NCBI GenBank assembly: GCA_963804955.1
Contig: CAWDSQ010000001.1
Location: forward strand, 96,001 to 160,000
DNA from: an uncultured delta proteobacterium
Lineage (GTDB): Bacteria; Desulfobacterota; WTBG01; CAIYCZ01; CAIRTM01
Reading direction: 5' to 3'
DNA length: 64,000 nt
Below the pieces are notes generated by a model, which saw nothing but the letters and a program-made list of their open reading frames with translations, was not told the DNA's origin and did not search any database. The position numbers were made by a program, and so were the translations under genes. Position 1 is the stretch's first letter; each line of letters begins with the position of its first letter. Positions 31,738-40,790 of this stretch are shown in pieces.

Positions 31738-31932
31738 TTACTCCTCGATGGTAATAGCCTCCGTATCACATTTCGCAGCAGTCTGCCTGACACGCTCTTC
31801 CAGTTCAGGCGGAACAACATCAACACGCACGCGCGCTTCAGTCTTTCCTTCATCATATTCAAATACTTCAGGACACATATCACTGCACTGCCTGTCTCCC
31901 ATGCAACGATCATAATCTATAGTAACTTTCAT
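31738..31932 (-). CDS. Monocluster ferredoxin
   Basis: MKVTIDYDRCMGDRQCSDMCPEVF...CDTEAITIEE; AGGGAG SD. Confidence 0.9.
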   Translation of the reverse strand: MKVTIDYDRCMGDRQCSDMCPEVFEYDEGKTEARVRVDVVPPELEERVRQTAAKCDTEAITIEE

Positions 31933-32314
31933 AGACACTCCCTTCTGTTGAAAAATTATATAACCGCGTTTTTATCTTTCCTGCCAAAAGATTAAGGGCG
32001 ACGCTGTTGACAATTTGCACAAAGTCCTTCGGTCCCTCTCGATTTCGTTTTCACCTGACTGCTTTTTTGAATAAAGCATCACGCATATACATGCACGCAA
32101 CGCAGCCTGTGTTTTAGATGCCGGGGTTCGGGGTTCAGGTATCAATGATAAGTTGCCTGCAGCAGTGGAGGAGATGGTAAACCCACTTTTCACGAGGCCC
32201 CAGGGTAAGTTTAAAAGGTTTGAATATCAAAGCATTGTTTTGTGTTTTATTCAATGGATTTTTTAATTAAAATGGGTAACATGTGGAGGGATCAGGGGGG
32301 CAAAAGTCAGAAAC

Positions 32315-32592
32315 AAGAAAGGCTGTTAGCCTGTAGGCGGTAGGAAAAGTGAAAGACGATGCACCGCAGAGGCACAGAGGCCGCAGAGAAGAAATTTCTT
32401 TTTATGTTTCGCTGAGAGGGCGAAATATAAAAGGCTTCTGTCTTTTAAACGAGCTGCTGTTTCCGCTTTCTGCCCGCTCAGCAGAAAAGGGAAACCGTAC
32501 TCTCCGGCATCTCTGCGTTTTCAGCGTCTCGAGCGAAGCGGGCGGTTAGAAGAAAGGCTGGTAGACTGCAGGCTGTAGGAAAAGCGAAAGAC
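32315..32592. repeat. ~43-bp direct repeats flanking a palindromic REP-like insert
   Basis: AAGAAAGGCTGTTAGCCTGTAGGCGGTAGGAAAAGTGAAAGAC vs AAGAAAGGCTGGTAGACTGCAGGCTGTAGGAAAAGCGAAAGAC; interior CACCGCAGAGGCACAGAG...CTCTGCG...GCGGT. Confidence 0.65.
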
Positions 32593-32685
32593 ATTGCGCA
32601 CCCTGCCAGCTTTGGTCCTTAAGTACAGGAGGGATAAACCCCTACGGCTAATCCCTCCTGTACAAAAAAATCCGCTAAGCCATGC

Positions 32686-33168
32686 CTATTTAACCAGCGG
32701 TATTTCCGCGGCAAGATCATAGCGCACGATGGCGGTGATCTTGTTTTCAAGCTGCATGTACCGCGCGGCCTTCCTGGCGCCCACTGCCTCGACCACTCTC
32801 GGTATGCAGGCCCGAAGCTGCTTGACCCGCTCAGCCTCAAGCTCAAGGTACTTGTTGGTCAGCTCGAGGGCTTTTTTATCGGTCATCGTGTCATAATTTT
32901 TCCCGTAATCGTCGATCAGCTTCAAAAGCCGCTCATTGACCTTGCCGAGCTCTTTCTGGTAGTTGTCATACAGCGGCCAGAACACTTTTGCGTCTTTTTT
33001 CGTGAGCTGCATGTTGTCGGCGATCAGCAGCTTTTTATCAGCCTTCAGCTTGTCTTTCACCATCTGCATCGTGTCTGCCGGCTTTTCCTGTGCCGCTGCG
33101 GGCATGGCCGCAGCCAGCAGAAAAACCGCTGCCGCCAGAATAACAACTGTTTTTGCTACTACGCGCAT
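32686..33168 (-). CDS. Conserved periplasmic helical hypothetical protein
   Basis: Signal peptide (AAA-Q); KKLLIADNMQLT..FWPLYD.YQ..QLENK; AAGGAG SD. Confidence 0.8.
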   Translation of the reverse strand: MRVVAKTVVILAAAVFLLAAAMPAAAQEKPADTMQMVKDKLKADKKLLIADNMQLTKKDAKVFWPLYDNYQKELGKVNERLLKLIDDYGKNYDTMTDKKALELTNKYLELEAERVKQLRACIPRVVEAVGARKAARYMQLENKITAIVRYDLAAEIPLVK

Positions 33169-33310
33169 GACAATCTCCTTTTCAAGTACGGCTAGTAGTT
33201 TTTTGCCCCACCATAATGCATAGCTCTCGTACCGGTCAAGCTGTTTGTTGCTCCGGCTCACAGGTTAAACATTTTGACATTTCTATCCGTTATTCATATA
33301 GTCCAGCCAT

Positions 33311-33401
33311 ATGGACAACATATCCCGGCCTTCGCTTAGTGCTTGATGAACAGATGCGGTTTGAAACTCTGCTGCTTGAAATTTCGACATACTTTGGATA
33401 A
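33311..33401 (+). pseudogene. N-terminal remnant of a GAF sensor paralog
   Basis: Reads YPGLRLVLDEQMRFETLLLEISTYFG*, matching LEERLEFETLLANLSAHF of the downstream kinase. Confidence 0.55.
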
Positions 33402-33665
33402 GACAAAGCTTGAAGAATACAAGTATCAACCGCGAAACTAATTTTGCTGGCCACGACATCGCGAAATGCATCGCATGAAAGCTTTGAATAAACGATGTCG
33501 TGACCATTTTTTAAGCAAACGATGACCTGAACGTTAGCAGCTATGGACTTTCAGATGCGCTACGGGAGATGACGGGCTGCCCCTTGCCAGTGAACATCAA
33601 TGCCCGGCGGCACGGCTGATCCAGCAAGAAAACAGCAACCGCCTGCTTGAAGCAATCCAAACAGG

Positions 33666-34910
33666 ATGCGGGTGAACATGACCAAGCCCGAGCGTGCGCA
33701 GGAGGCACTTGAAGAGCGGCTGGAATTTGAGACGCTGCTGGCCAACCTGTCTGCGCATTTTATCAATCTGCCAACCGACCGGATAGACAGCGAGATCGTC
33801 GACGCTCAGCGCCAGATCTGCCAATGCCTTGATATTGACCGCTCCACCCTGTGGCAAATCCCTGAGGATGAGCCAGGGGAAATGCTGCTGACGCACGTGC
33901 ATCAGCCCCCGGGAAGCACGCCGCCCCCGGATCGGATGAGCTTGGGGGAGCTGTTTCCCTGGGCAATGCGGCAGGTCATGAGCGGAAGCGTTTTTACCTT
34001 CTCGAAAATTTCAGATTTTCCGCCGCAGGCAGCAATCGACAGGGAGAACCTCCGCCGCTACGGCACCAAGGCCGATGTGCTGGTCCCGCTTTCAAGCGGG
34101 GAAGGGCCGGTCTTCGGCCTGTTGACCTTTGCGGTTTTGCGGGAGGAGCGCGTCTGGACCGAGGCGGTTGTGACGGGGTTCAAGCTTATCGCGCATGTTT
34201 TTGCCGGCGCGCTTGTCCGCAAGCGGGCCGATGAGGAACTGCGGCGCCACGAGCAGGAGCTCGGCAGGCTCACCGGACGCATTATCAATGCCCAGGAAGA
34301 GGAGCTTCGGCGGCTTTCCCGGGAGCTGCATGATGATCTGACGCAGCGGCTTGCGGCCCTGGCGCTTGATGCGGCGCTGATTGAAAAAGAGCTGCATCCC
34401 GCGCAGCCGCGGGCTGTTAACGCCCTCAGGGACATGCGGGCCAGGCTGACCGAGCTTGCCGGGGAAGTCCACAACCTCTCCCGCCAGCTGCACCCCTCCA
34501 TTCTCGACGATCTGGGCCTGGCGCAGGCGGTACAGGCTGAATGCGCCGCCTTTGTCAGGAAAACCGGCATTGACCTGTCCTTTACGCCCCAGGACCTGCC
34601 GGATACACTGCCCCAGAACATCGCCCTGTGCCTGTACCGCATAATCCGGGAAGGGCTCCAGAACATTGCAAAACACTCGGGGGCCGCCGCGGCCGCTATC
34701 GCGCTGCACGGGCTCCCGGACGGCATTCGTTTGGTTGTCAAGGACAACGGGAGCGGATTTGACCCGGAAACGGCAAAGCAGAAGGCCGGCATCGGCCTGT
34801 CCAGCATGCGGGAGCGGGTGCGGCTCGTAAACGGCGCCATAGCCATTGCCGCAAAGCCGGGACAGGGTGCTGAAATTCAGGTCTTTATTCCATTAGGGGA
34901 CGCCCCATGA
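33666..34910 (+). CDS. GAF-domain sensor histidine kinase (HisKA_3, NarX/UhpB type)
   Basis: RELHDDLTQ, EGLQNIAKHS, DNGSGF, GIGLSSMRER; no TM. Confidence 0.93.
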   Translation: MRVNMTKPERAQEALEERLEFETLLANLSAHFINLPTDRIDSEIVDAQRQICQCLDIDRSTLWQIPEDEPGEMLLTHVHQPPGSTPPPDRMSLGELFPWAMRQVMSGSVFTFSKISDFPPQAAIDRENLRRYGTKADVLVPLSSGEGPVFGLLTFAVLREERVWTEAVVTGFKLIAHVFAGALVRKRADEELRRHEQELGRLTGRIINAQEEELRRLSRELHDDLTQRLAALALDAALIEKELHPAQPRAVNALRDMRARLTELAGEVHNLSRQLHPSILDDLGLAQAVQAECAAFVRKTGIDLSFTPQDLPDTLPQNIALCLYRIIREGLQNIAKHSGAAAAAIALHGLPDGIRLVVKDNGSGFDPETAKQKAGIGLSSMRERVRLVNGAIAIAAKPGQGAEIQVFIPLGDAP

Positions 34911-35548
34911 CCAAGCCGCGGCTGCTCATAGCAGACGACCACAAAATTTTTGTTGAGGGTATGAAAAGGCTGCTCAGCTCTGACTTTGACATCGCCGGTG
35001 TGGCCGAAAACGGCCGTGAGCTGGTAGCGGCCGCGGAAAAGCTTCGGCCAGATGTCATCGTTGCCGACATTTCCATGCCCATGCTCAATGGCATAGACGC
35101 CGTGCGGCAGATCAAAAAAGCGCATCCTGAAATCACGGTGGTATTTCTCACCATGCACCCCGATGCAGCCTATGCGTCAAGCGCCCTGCAGGCGGGCGGG
35201 TCGGGCTATGTGCTGAAAAGCTCCGCCCCCGATGAACTCATTACCGCCATCCGCAGGGGCCTTAAGGGAAAAACCTATGTAACGCCCCAGATTGCCGGAA
35301 AGCTCCGGCATGCCGCCGAGCCCGGTTCCCGGGCCGCCAACGGGACTGGCAGCAGCCTTTCTTCCCGGCAGCACGAAGTGCTGCAGCTGCTGGCGGAAGG
35401 ACATGCCGCAAAAGCCATCGCCAGTATTTTGAATATATCCATAAAAACCGTTGAGTATCACAAGTACCGGATGATGGAGGACCTGGGCATCAAGACAACG
35501 GCGGAGCTGATCCGGTATGCCGTGAAGCACGGCATTGCAGGGCCCTGA
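34907..35548 (+). CDS. NarL/LuxR-family response regulator
   Basis: ADDH, DISMP, LSSRQHEVLQLLAEG, KTVEYHK; ATGA overlap with kinase. Confidence 0.95.
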   Translation: MTKPRLLIADDHKIFVEGMKRLLSSDFDIAGVAENGRELVAAAEKLRPDVIVADISMPMLNGIDAVRQIKKAHPEITVVFLTMHPDAAYASSALQAGGSGYVLKSSAPDELITAIRRGLKGKTYVTPQIAGKLRHAAEPGSRAANGTGSSLSSRQHEVLQLLAEGHAAKAIASILNISIKTVEYHKYRMMEDLGIKTTAELIRYAVKHGIAGP

Positions 35549-35701
35549 TTACCCCCCCCCCAGGAAAAGCATTCCGCAAAACTAGGATTTCTCCTAATTG
35601 ACGTTTCACCGCATTGTTCTATATATATCAATAACTCAGTAGACAGTCCCGATCCATCCATCAACGGCGGTCCGCCGGTACCGGCACAGACGAGGTGATT
35701 C

Positions 35702-36106
35702 ATGGCAGCCGAAAGAATAATTCTTGCGGAGTCCCATCAAACCTTTGTGGGCGTGGTTCGCCTGATTCTCGAGGAAACGATGAGCGCCCTGTTCATAGTC
35801 GCCGACGAGCGCTCTCTTATCGAAGCCGTTGCAGGCACACAATTCGACCTGGTCATTGCGGACCTGTCATTTCCGGCATGTTCGGGGGGGAATGTCGTCA
35901 GACTGCTGCAAAAACTGAAGCCGGAACTCAAGTCCATCATTCTGAGCGTCCATGACGAGCAGACGGTGGTGAATGAATGCCTTGCCGCGGGGGCGAAGGG
36001 CTTCGTGCTCAAGAGAGCGGCAGCCACCGACCTGCTTCCGGCCGTGGAGGCGGTTTTAAAGGGCGGAATGTATGTTTCACCCTATTGCCGCGAACAGGGC
36101 GCATGA
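35702..36106 (+). CDS. Stand-alone receiver-domain protein (NarL-like REC)
   Basis: ILAESH, DLVIADLS, GAKGFVLK. Confidence 0.85.
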   Translation: MAAERIILAESHQTFVGVVRLILEETMSALFIVADERSLIEAVAGTQFDLVIADLSFPACSGGNVVRLLQKLKPELKSIILSVHDEQTVVNECLAAGAKGFVLKRAAATDLLPAVEAVLKGGMYVSPYCREQGA

Positions 36107-36244
36107 CTATACAGAAGCCCGACGGAAGAGCCGGCAGGGAGCCTTGAAAAATTCAGGCAATGAAGGCGCCGCTGTGCGGGCATAGCAAATAGATTTGACG
36201 TGAACCATAACGTTTTTTTACAACAACCACGGAAAGGGCGGCGT

Positions 36245-36949
36245 ATGAAAATGCAGGGAACAAAATGGGCAGGCATGTTTGCGGTACTGGCGGGCGTATG
36301 TCTTTTGGCGGGGGCCTGCGCGACGATGCAGGCGCGCAGCACGACAACAGCGGGATTTCTGGGCGACTATTCCCAGCTCAAGGAGGGCGGGGAGGGCAAG
36401 GCCCTGCTCGTCTATGTCGACCCGGCGGCGGATTTCAAGGCATATCCCCGTATTATGATGGACCCGGTCAAGCTCTATGCTTCATCGGAGCACAGCATGC
36501 AGAATGTTTCTTCGGAAGACCGGCAGAAACTTTTAAACTATGCCGATGCCACCATTCGTGAACATCTTGCCAAATATTATACCTTCGTGAAGAGCCCGGG
36601 CCCCGGCGTCATGCGCCTGCGCGTAGCGATAACCGAGGCCGAGAGCTCCTCTGTCGTGCTTGATACCGTCTCCACCATCCTGCCGGTGGGCCTTGCCCTG
36701 GCCGGCCTTCAGACGGCTGCGACGGGCTCGTGCTCTTTTGTGGGCTCTGCCGGGCTTGAAGTCGAGATGCTGGACAGCCAGACCGGCAAGCGCCTGGCTG
36801 CGGCTGTCGATCGCCGGGTAGGCGGCAAGGTGAGCGGAGAGGGCGATAAATTTGACGAATGGCGCACGGTGAAGAGCGCTGTCGATTACTGGGCCGGCCG
36901 GCTAGAGCTTCGCCTGGGCGAAAAACTCGGCAGAATAGCCACACAGTAA
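36245..36949 (+). CDS. DUF3313-family lipoprotein (copy 2)
   Basis: Lipobox AGAC; highly similar to copies 1 and 3. Confidence 0.85.
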   Translation: MKMQGTKWAGMFAVLAGVCLLAGACATMQARSTTTAGFLGDYSQLKEGGEGKALLVYVDPAADFKAYPRIMMDPVKLYASSEHSMQNVSSEDRQKLLNYADATIREHLAKYYTFVKSPGPGVMRLRVAITEAESSSVVLDTVSTILPVGLALAGLQTAATGSCSFVGSAGLEVEMLDSQTGKRLAAAVDRRVGGKVSGEGDKFDEWRTVKSAVDYWAGRLELRLGEKLGRIATQ

Positions 36950-37039
36950 GCGTACAAGAACCACCGGCGCGAAGGCCCAGGCCGCACTACAGAGGCGCGG
37001 GGCGGGTTCGCGGGGTCATTAGCAGGAAAGGCGCACGGC

Positions 37040-38527
37040 ATGAAACAGCGATCCTTCAGGATGTTTTCCAGTATGCTCTCGCTTACCGGCCTGTTCATTG
37101 CGGTTTTCAATATCGCACTGATAGTCGTTCTGTCGATTGCCGATGCCCTGTCCGCGGGCACACACCCGTATGCCGACCTGGTGATCTGGATCATGCTGCC
37201 GTGCGGCGTTTTGTTCGGCGCGGCCCTGATCATTGCCGGCATCCGGCGGCAGCGACGCACGAAAGGCGGGAGCCGCTTCCCGGTCATCGACCTTAACGAT
37301 ACCGGGCTGCGCAAAAAAGCGCTCGGCCTGCTGACGGTCCTGGTGCTGCTGTCGGTGCTCTATGCCTTTTCCGGGTATAAGGCCTATGAGTTTTCCGAAT
37401 CAAATACATTCTGCGGAGCCTGCCACACCGTGATGGGGCCTGAAACCAGGTCCAACGCCTACTCGCCACACGCACAGCTCCTGTGCACCAACTGCCACGT
37501 GGGGCCCGGGGCAAAGTACTATTTCATCTCCCATCTGAAAGGAGCCCGGGAGGGCTTCAATTACCTGCTCGACAGATACAGCCGGCCCCTTCATACGCCG
37601 ATTGCGGCCCTGCGTCCATCCGAGCATATATGCGAAAACTGTCACGGCCCCAAGTACCAGTTAAACGAGCGGCTTGAAAGCCGCACCTATTTCATGTCCG
37701 ACAAGGAGAATTCACGCAAGAAGATCAACCTGCTGTTTAAGCCGGGTAAAACGGACACCACGCTTGAGCAGCCGCCGAAAATGCACTGGCACTCAAGCAC
37801 CACGGCTGAAATCGAGTACGCCGATACTGACCCGAAGCGGATCGAGATTCCGTGGATTCGCGTCAAGCGGCTCGACGGAACCGTGCGCACCTACCGCCGC
37901 GACGACTCGAAGCTCTCGGACGACGACGCGGCAAAGGCCGGGACGAGGCGCATGGACTGCATGGACTGCCACAACCGGACGGGCCATCCCTTTAACCCCC
38001 CGGCGGCTATTCTGAACGCCATGCTCGGGGCGGGGTTCATTGATACGGGCCTGCCGGAGATTAAGCATGTCGGAGTCCAGACACTTGAAGCCTCCTATGC
38101 TTCCCAGGAGGAGGCAGCCAAAGGCATAGAAACGGCAATTCGTGACTTCTATCGCAAGGCCTATCCTGCTGTTGCAAAGGACAAGGAGGCGGCAATCACC
38201 TCAGCGATCACGGCGCTGCAGGGCGCCTACAGCCGCAACTACGACCCGCATATGAAGGTGAGCTGGCGCAGCTTTGGCAGCAATCAGGGGCATATGTATT
38301 CGCCGGGCTGCTTCCGCTGCCATGACGGCAAACACCGAAGCGATGACGGCGCTGTTCTGTCGCAGGACTGCAGCCTGTGCCACCTGCTGATCGAGCGTGT
38401 CCCCGGCCAGGATACTGCCGGAAGCAATCAGGCCGAGATCCGCGTGATGGATTATCCGCACCCCGTTGATATCGGCGACAGGTTGCAGACAATGATGTGT
38501 ACGAAATGCCACGGCCCATCATCGTGA
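37040..38527 (+). CDS. Membrane-anchored NapC/NirT-like heptaheme cytochrome c
   Basis: Three N-terminal hydrophobic helices; FCGACHTVM, CTNCHVGPG, CENCH, CMDCH, CFRCH, CSLCH, CTKCH. Confidence 0.9.
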   Translation: MKQRSFRMFSSMLSLTGLFIAVFNIALIVVLSIADALSAGTHPYADLVIWIMLPCGVLFGAALIIAGIRRQRRTKGGSRFPVIDLNDTGLRKKALGLLTVLVLLSVLYAFSGYKAYEFSESNTFCGACHTVMGPETRSNAYSPHAQLLCTNCHVGPGAKYYFISHLKGAREGFNYLLDRYSRPLHTPIAALRPSEHICENCHGPKYQLNERLESRTYFMSDKENSRKKINLLFKPGKTDTTLEQPPKMHWHSSTTAEIEYADTDPKRIEIPWIRVKRLDGTVRTYRRDDSKLSDDDAAKAGTRRMDCMDCHNRTGHPFNPPAAILNAMLGAGFIDTGLPEIKHVGVQTLEASYASQEEAAKGIETAIRDFYRKAYPAVAKDKEAAITSAITALQGAYSRNYDPHMKVSWRSFGSNQGHMYSPGCFRCHDGKHRSDDGAVLSQDCSLCHLLIERVPGQDTAGSNQAEIRVMDYPHPVDIGDRLQTMMCTKCHGPSS

Positions 38528-38591
38528 CCGGCTGCGACAGGGTAATAGACACAGGCCTGACCCTTCTTGATACATACAGGAAACAAGGGAT

Positions 38592-40780
38592 ATGAAAAAA
38601 AGCATACAACTTTGCATCATTGCCGCCGCAACACTGGCGAGCCTCCTTGCATGCTTCTTCGCCCCGGCGCCAGCCCCGGCTGAGGAGTCAAGCTGCTTAA
38701 CCTGCCACCTGTGCGGTCCCATGCTCGTCAAAAACCGCGGCGTGGCCACGCCCATAGTCTCGGCCATGCAGTCAGGGGCCGGCTGAGGCGGTGCCGTGGC
38801 TCAGTTGGAGCCGCACATAAAAGTGCTTGTTTCCCGGGAGTTTCTTGCCACCGCCCATGGTCAAATCGCGTGCGGAACCTGCCACGGCGGCGACGCTGCC
38901 AGCATGAGCAAAGCAGCCGCTCACAAGGGGATGGATGCATTTCCCTCCATAACCAATCCGCAGAATACCTGCGGCGCCTGCAAGGACCCGAAAGCGGCAC
39001 AGCACCGTGACATCGCCGCCTCGGCCAAAGATTCCCTGCACGCCAGCCTTGCCACCTTTACCGGGGTGCTCAAGAGCCGCGCGAATATGGAAAAATGGGA
39101 AACAATCGACGAGGCTCGCAAGAACCACTGCGCCGCCTGTCACACGAGCTGCGGCGGCTGTCATGTGAGCCGTCCCAAATCAGCGCAGAAGGGCTTTATT
39201 GCGGGGCATATCTTTAAAAAGACCCCCGATCAGGTCAATCAGTGCACCGCCTGCCACGGCAGCCGCGTGGGCTATGAATTTTCAGGCCAGCGCGGCAGGG
39301 GTGATATCCATGCGTCACAAGAGAGTATGACCTGCTCCTCCTGCCACAAGGCAAAAGAGATGCATGCTGCGGCAGCCAAAGACCTGCCGGGCCGCTATCA
39401 CCTGCCGGAGGCGGCGCGCTGCGATGATTGTCACAAAGATATGGAGAAAAAGGCCGTGCGGCAGCACGCCGATCATATCGGCAAGGTGCAATGCCAGGTG
39501 TGCCATTCGCAGACGTATGTCAACTGCTACAGTTGCCATGTGGGCAAAGACAGCCAGAACACGGCCTATTTCCAGAACCGTCTTGAAGTTGAAACCATGA
39601 AAATCGGGCTCAACTATGACGCTGCAGCTCCGGGCGCCGGCTACCGCTTCATGCTGGTGCGCCACGAGCCGTCGTATCCGGAGATGTTCGATTTCTACGG
39701 CAAGGATCTCTTCACGAACTTCGGCAAGGTGCCCACCTGGAAGCGGACCTCGCCTCACAACATCCAGAAACTCACCTGGCAGGCCGCCAGCTGCAACCAC
39801 TGCCACGCTAATCGCGAGCTGTTCCTTGCAAACGCCGATCTTGCAGACTATGAAATAGGCAGCAAACAAGGCGGTTGTTGTTCCCGACGCCGACATGCCG
39901 AAAGCGGTGCAAGACAGCAGCAAGCTTGACATCGACATATCCCGGGTCAGAACCGGCATGGTGGTTGACGCCCGGTGGCTGCATGACAACAGCAGGCAGA
40001 AGGATCTGGTCGTCATCGATGCCCGCAGCCGCGCTGCCTACGACAAGGGCCATATCGAAGGCGCCATTTCGCTGGACCCCCTGGTGAGCGGCCTGCGCAC
40101 CGGCCCCAAAGCGAAGAACCCCTTCTCGCTTGAAGACCATGCCAAGATTGCCGGCATTTTCGGCAGCAGGGGAATAGCAGCCGAAGATCATATCGTGGTG
40201 TATGACCAGAACGGCACCATGGCGGCAGGTCTGCTGTCTGTTCTGCAATGGGCCGGCGCTGCCAATGTCTCCTATTTGAACGGCGGCATTGAGGGGTGGC
40301 ATCTGGCCGGCTTCCACACGAGCACTGAGCCGTATACCCGTGAAGCGCGCACCTTCGGAGGAACCGTCAGGCCGGAGCTGGTCGTCAGCAGCGCAGAGCT
40401 TACCGGGCTTCTGAAAAAGAACACGGTGGTGCTTATCGATACTCGCGCCATTGATCGGGCCAGGGGACTGACACAACATGAGCTGGCCGGCCGTGCAGGC
40501 GCTATTGCCGGATCGGTCAATATCCCGCTCGGGGCTTTCTACATGGAAAACGGCTTTTTGAAGCAGCCGGTCCGAGCTGCTGTGGATGCTAGCCACCTAT
40601 GGCGTCACGCCGGACAAGACCGTCATCACCACCTGCGACACCGGCATTGCTGCCGCAGATGCCTTTTTCGTCCTTCGGTATCTTGGATTTTCCAACGCCC
40701 GGGTGCATGAAGAAGCCTGGGTGGTGTGGTCTAACACAGTGGATATGACGCCGCTTCAGTGCGGCAGTGGTATTTTTTAG
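38592..40780 (+). CDS. Putative selenocysteine-containing multiheme cytochrome c fused to tandem rhodanese (in-frame TGA 38784-38786; frameshifts near 39860 and 40570)
   Basis: Signal peptide + CLTCH, SGAG-TGA-GGAV in frame with 9 further CxxCH and one CGACK; rhodanese domains IDAR..YDKGHIEGA..YLNGGIEGW and CDTGIAA. Confidence 0.8.
38787..38816 (+). promoter_or_regulatory. Putative bacterial SECIS element
   Basis: GTGGCTC-AGTTG-GAGCCGC hairpin; loop begins after a 16-nt spacer from the TGA, with G at loop position 2. Confidence 0.7.
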
Positions 40781-40790
40781 TATAGTAATT

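Noticed and set aside
38785..38798. Independent GTG start at 38796 with GAGG as SD (two separate genes)
   Set aside because: Possible but disfavoured: the downstream multiheme would lack an export signal, the GTG lies inside the hairpin stem, and the frame is continuous through TGA.
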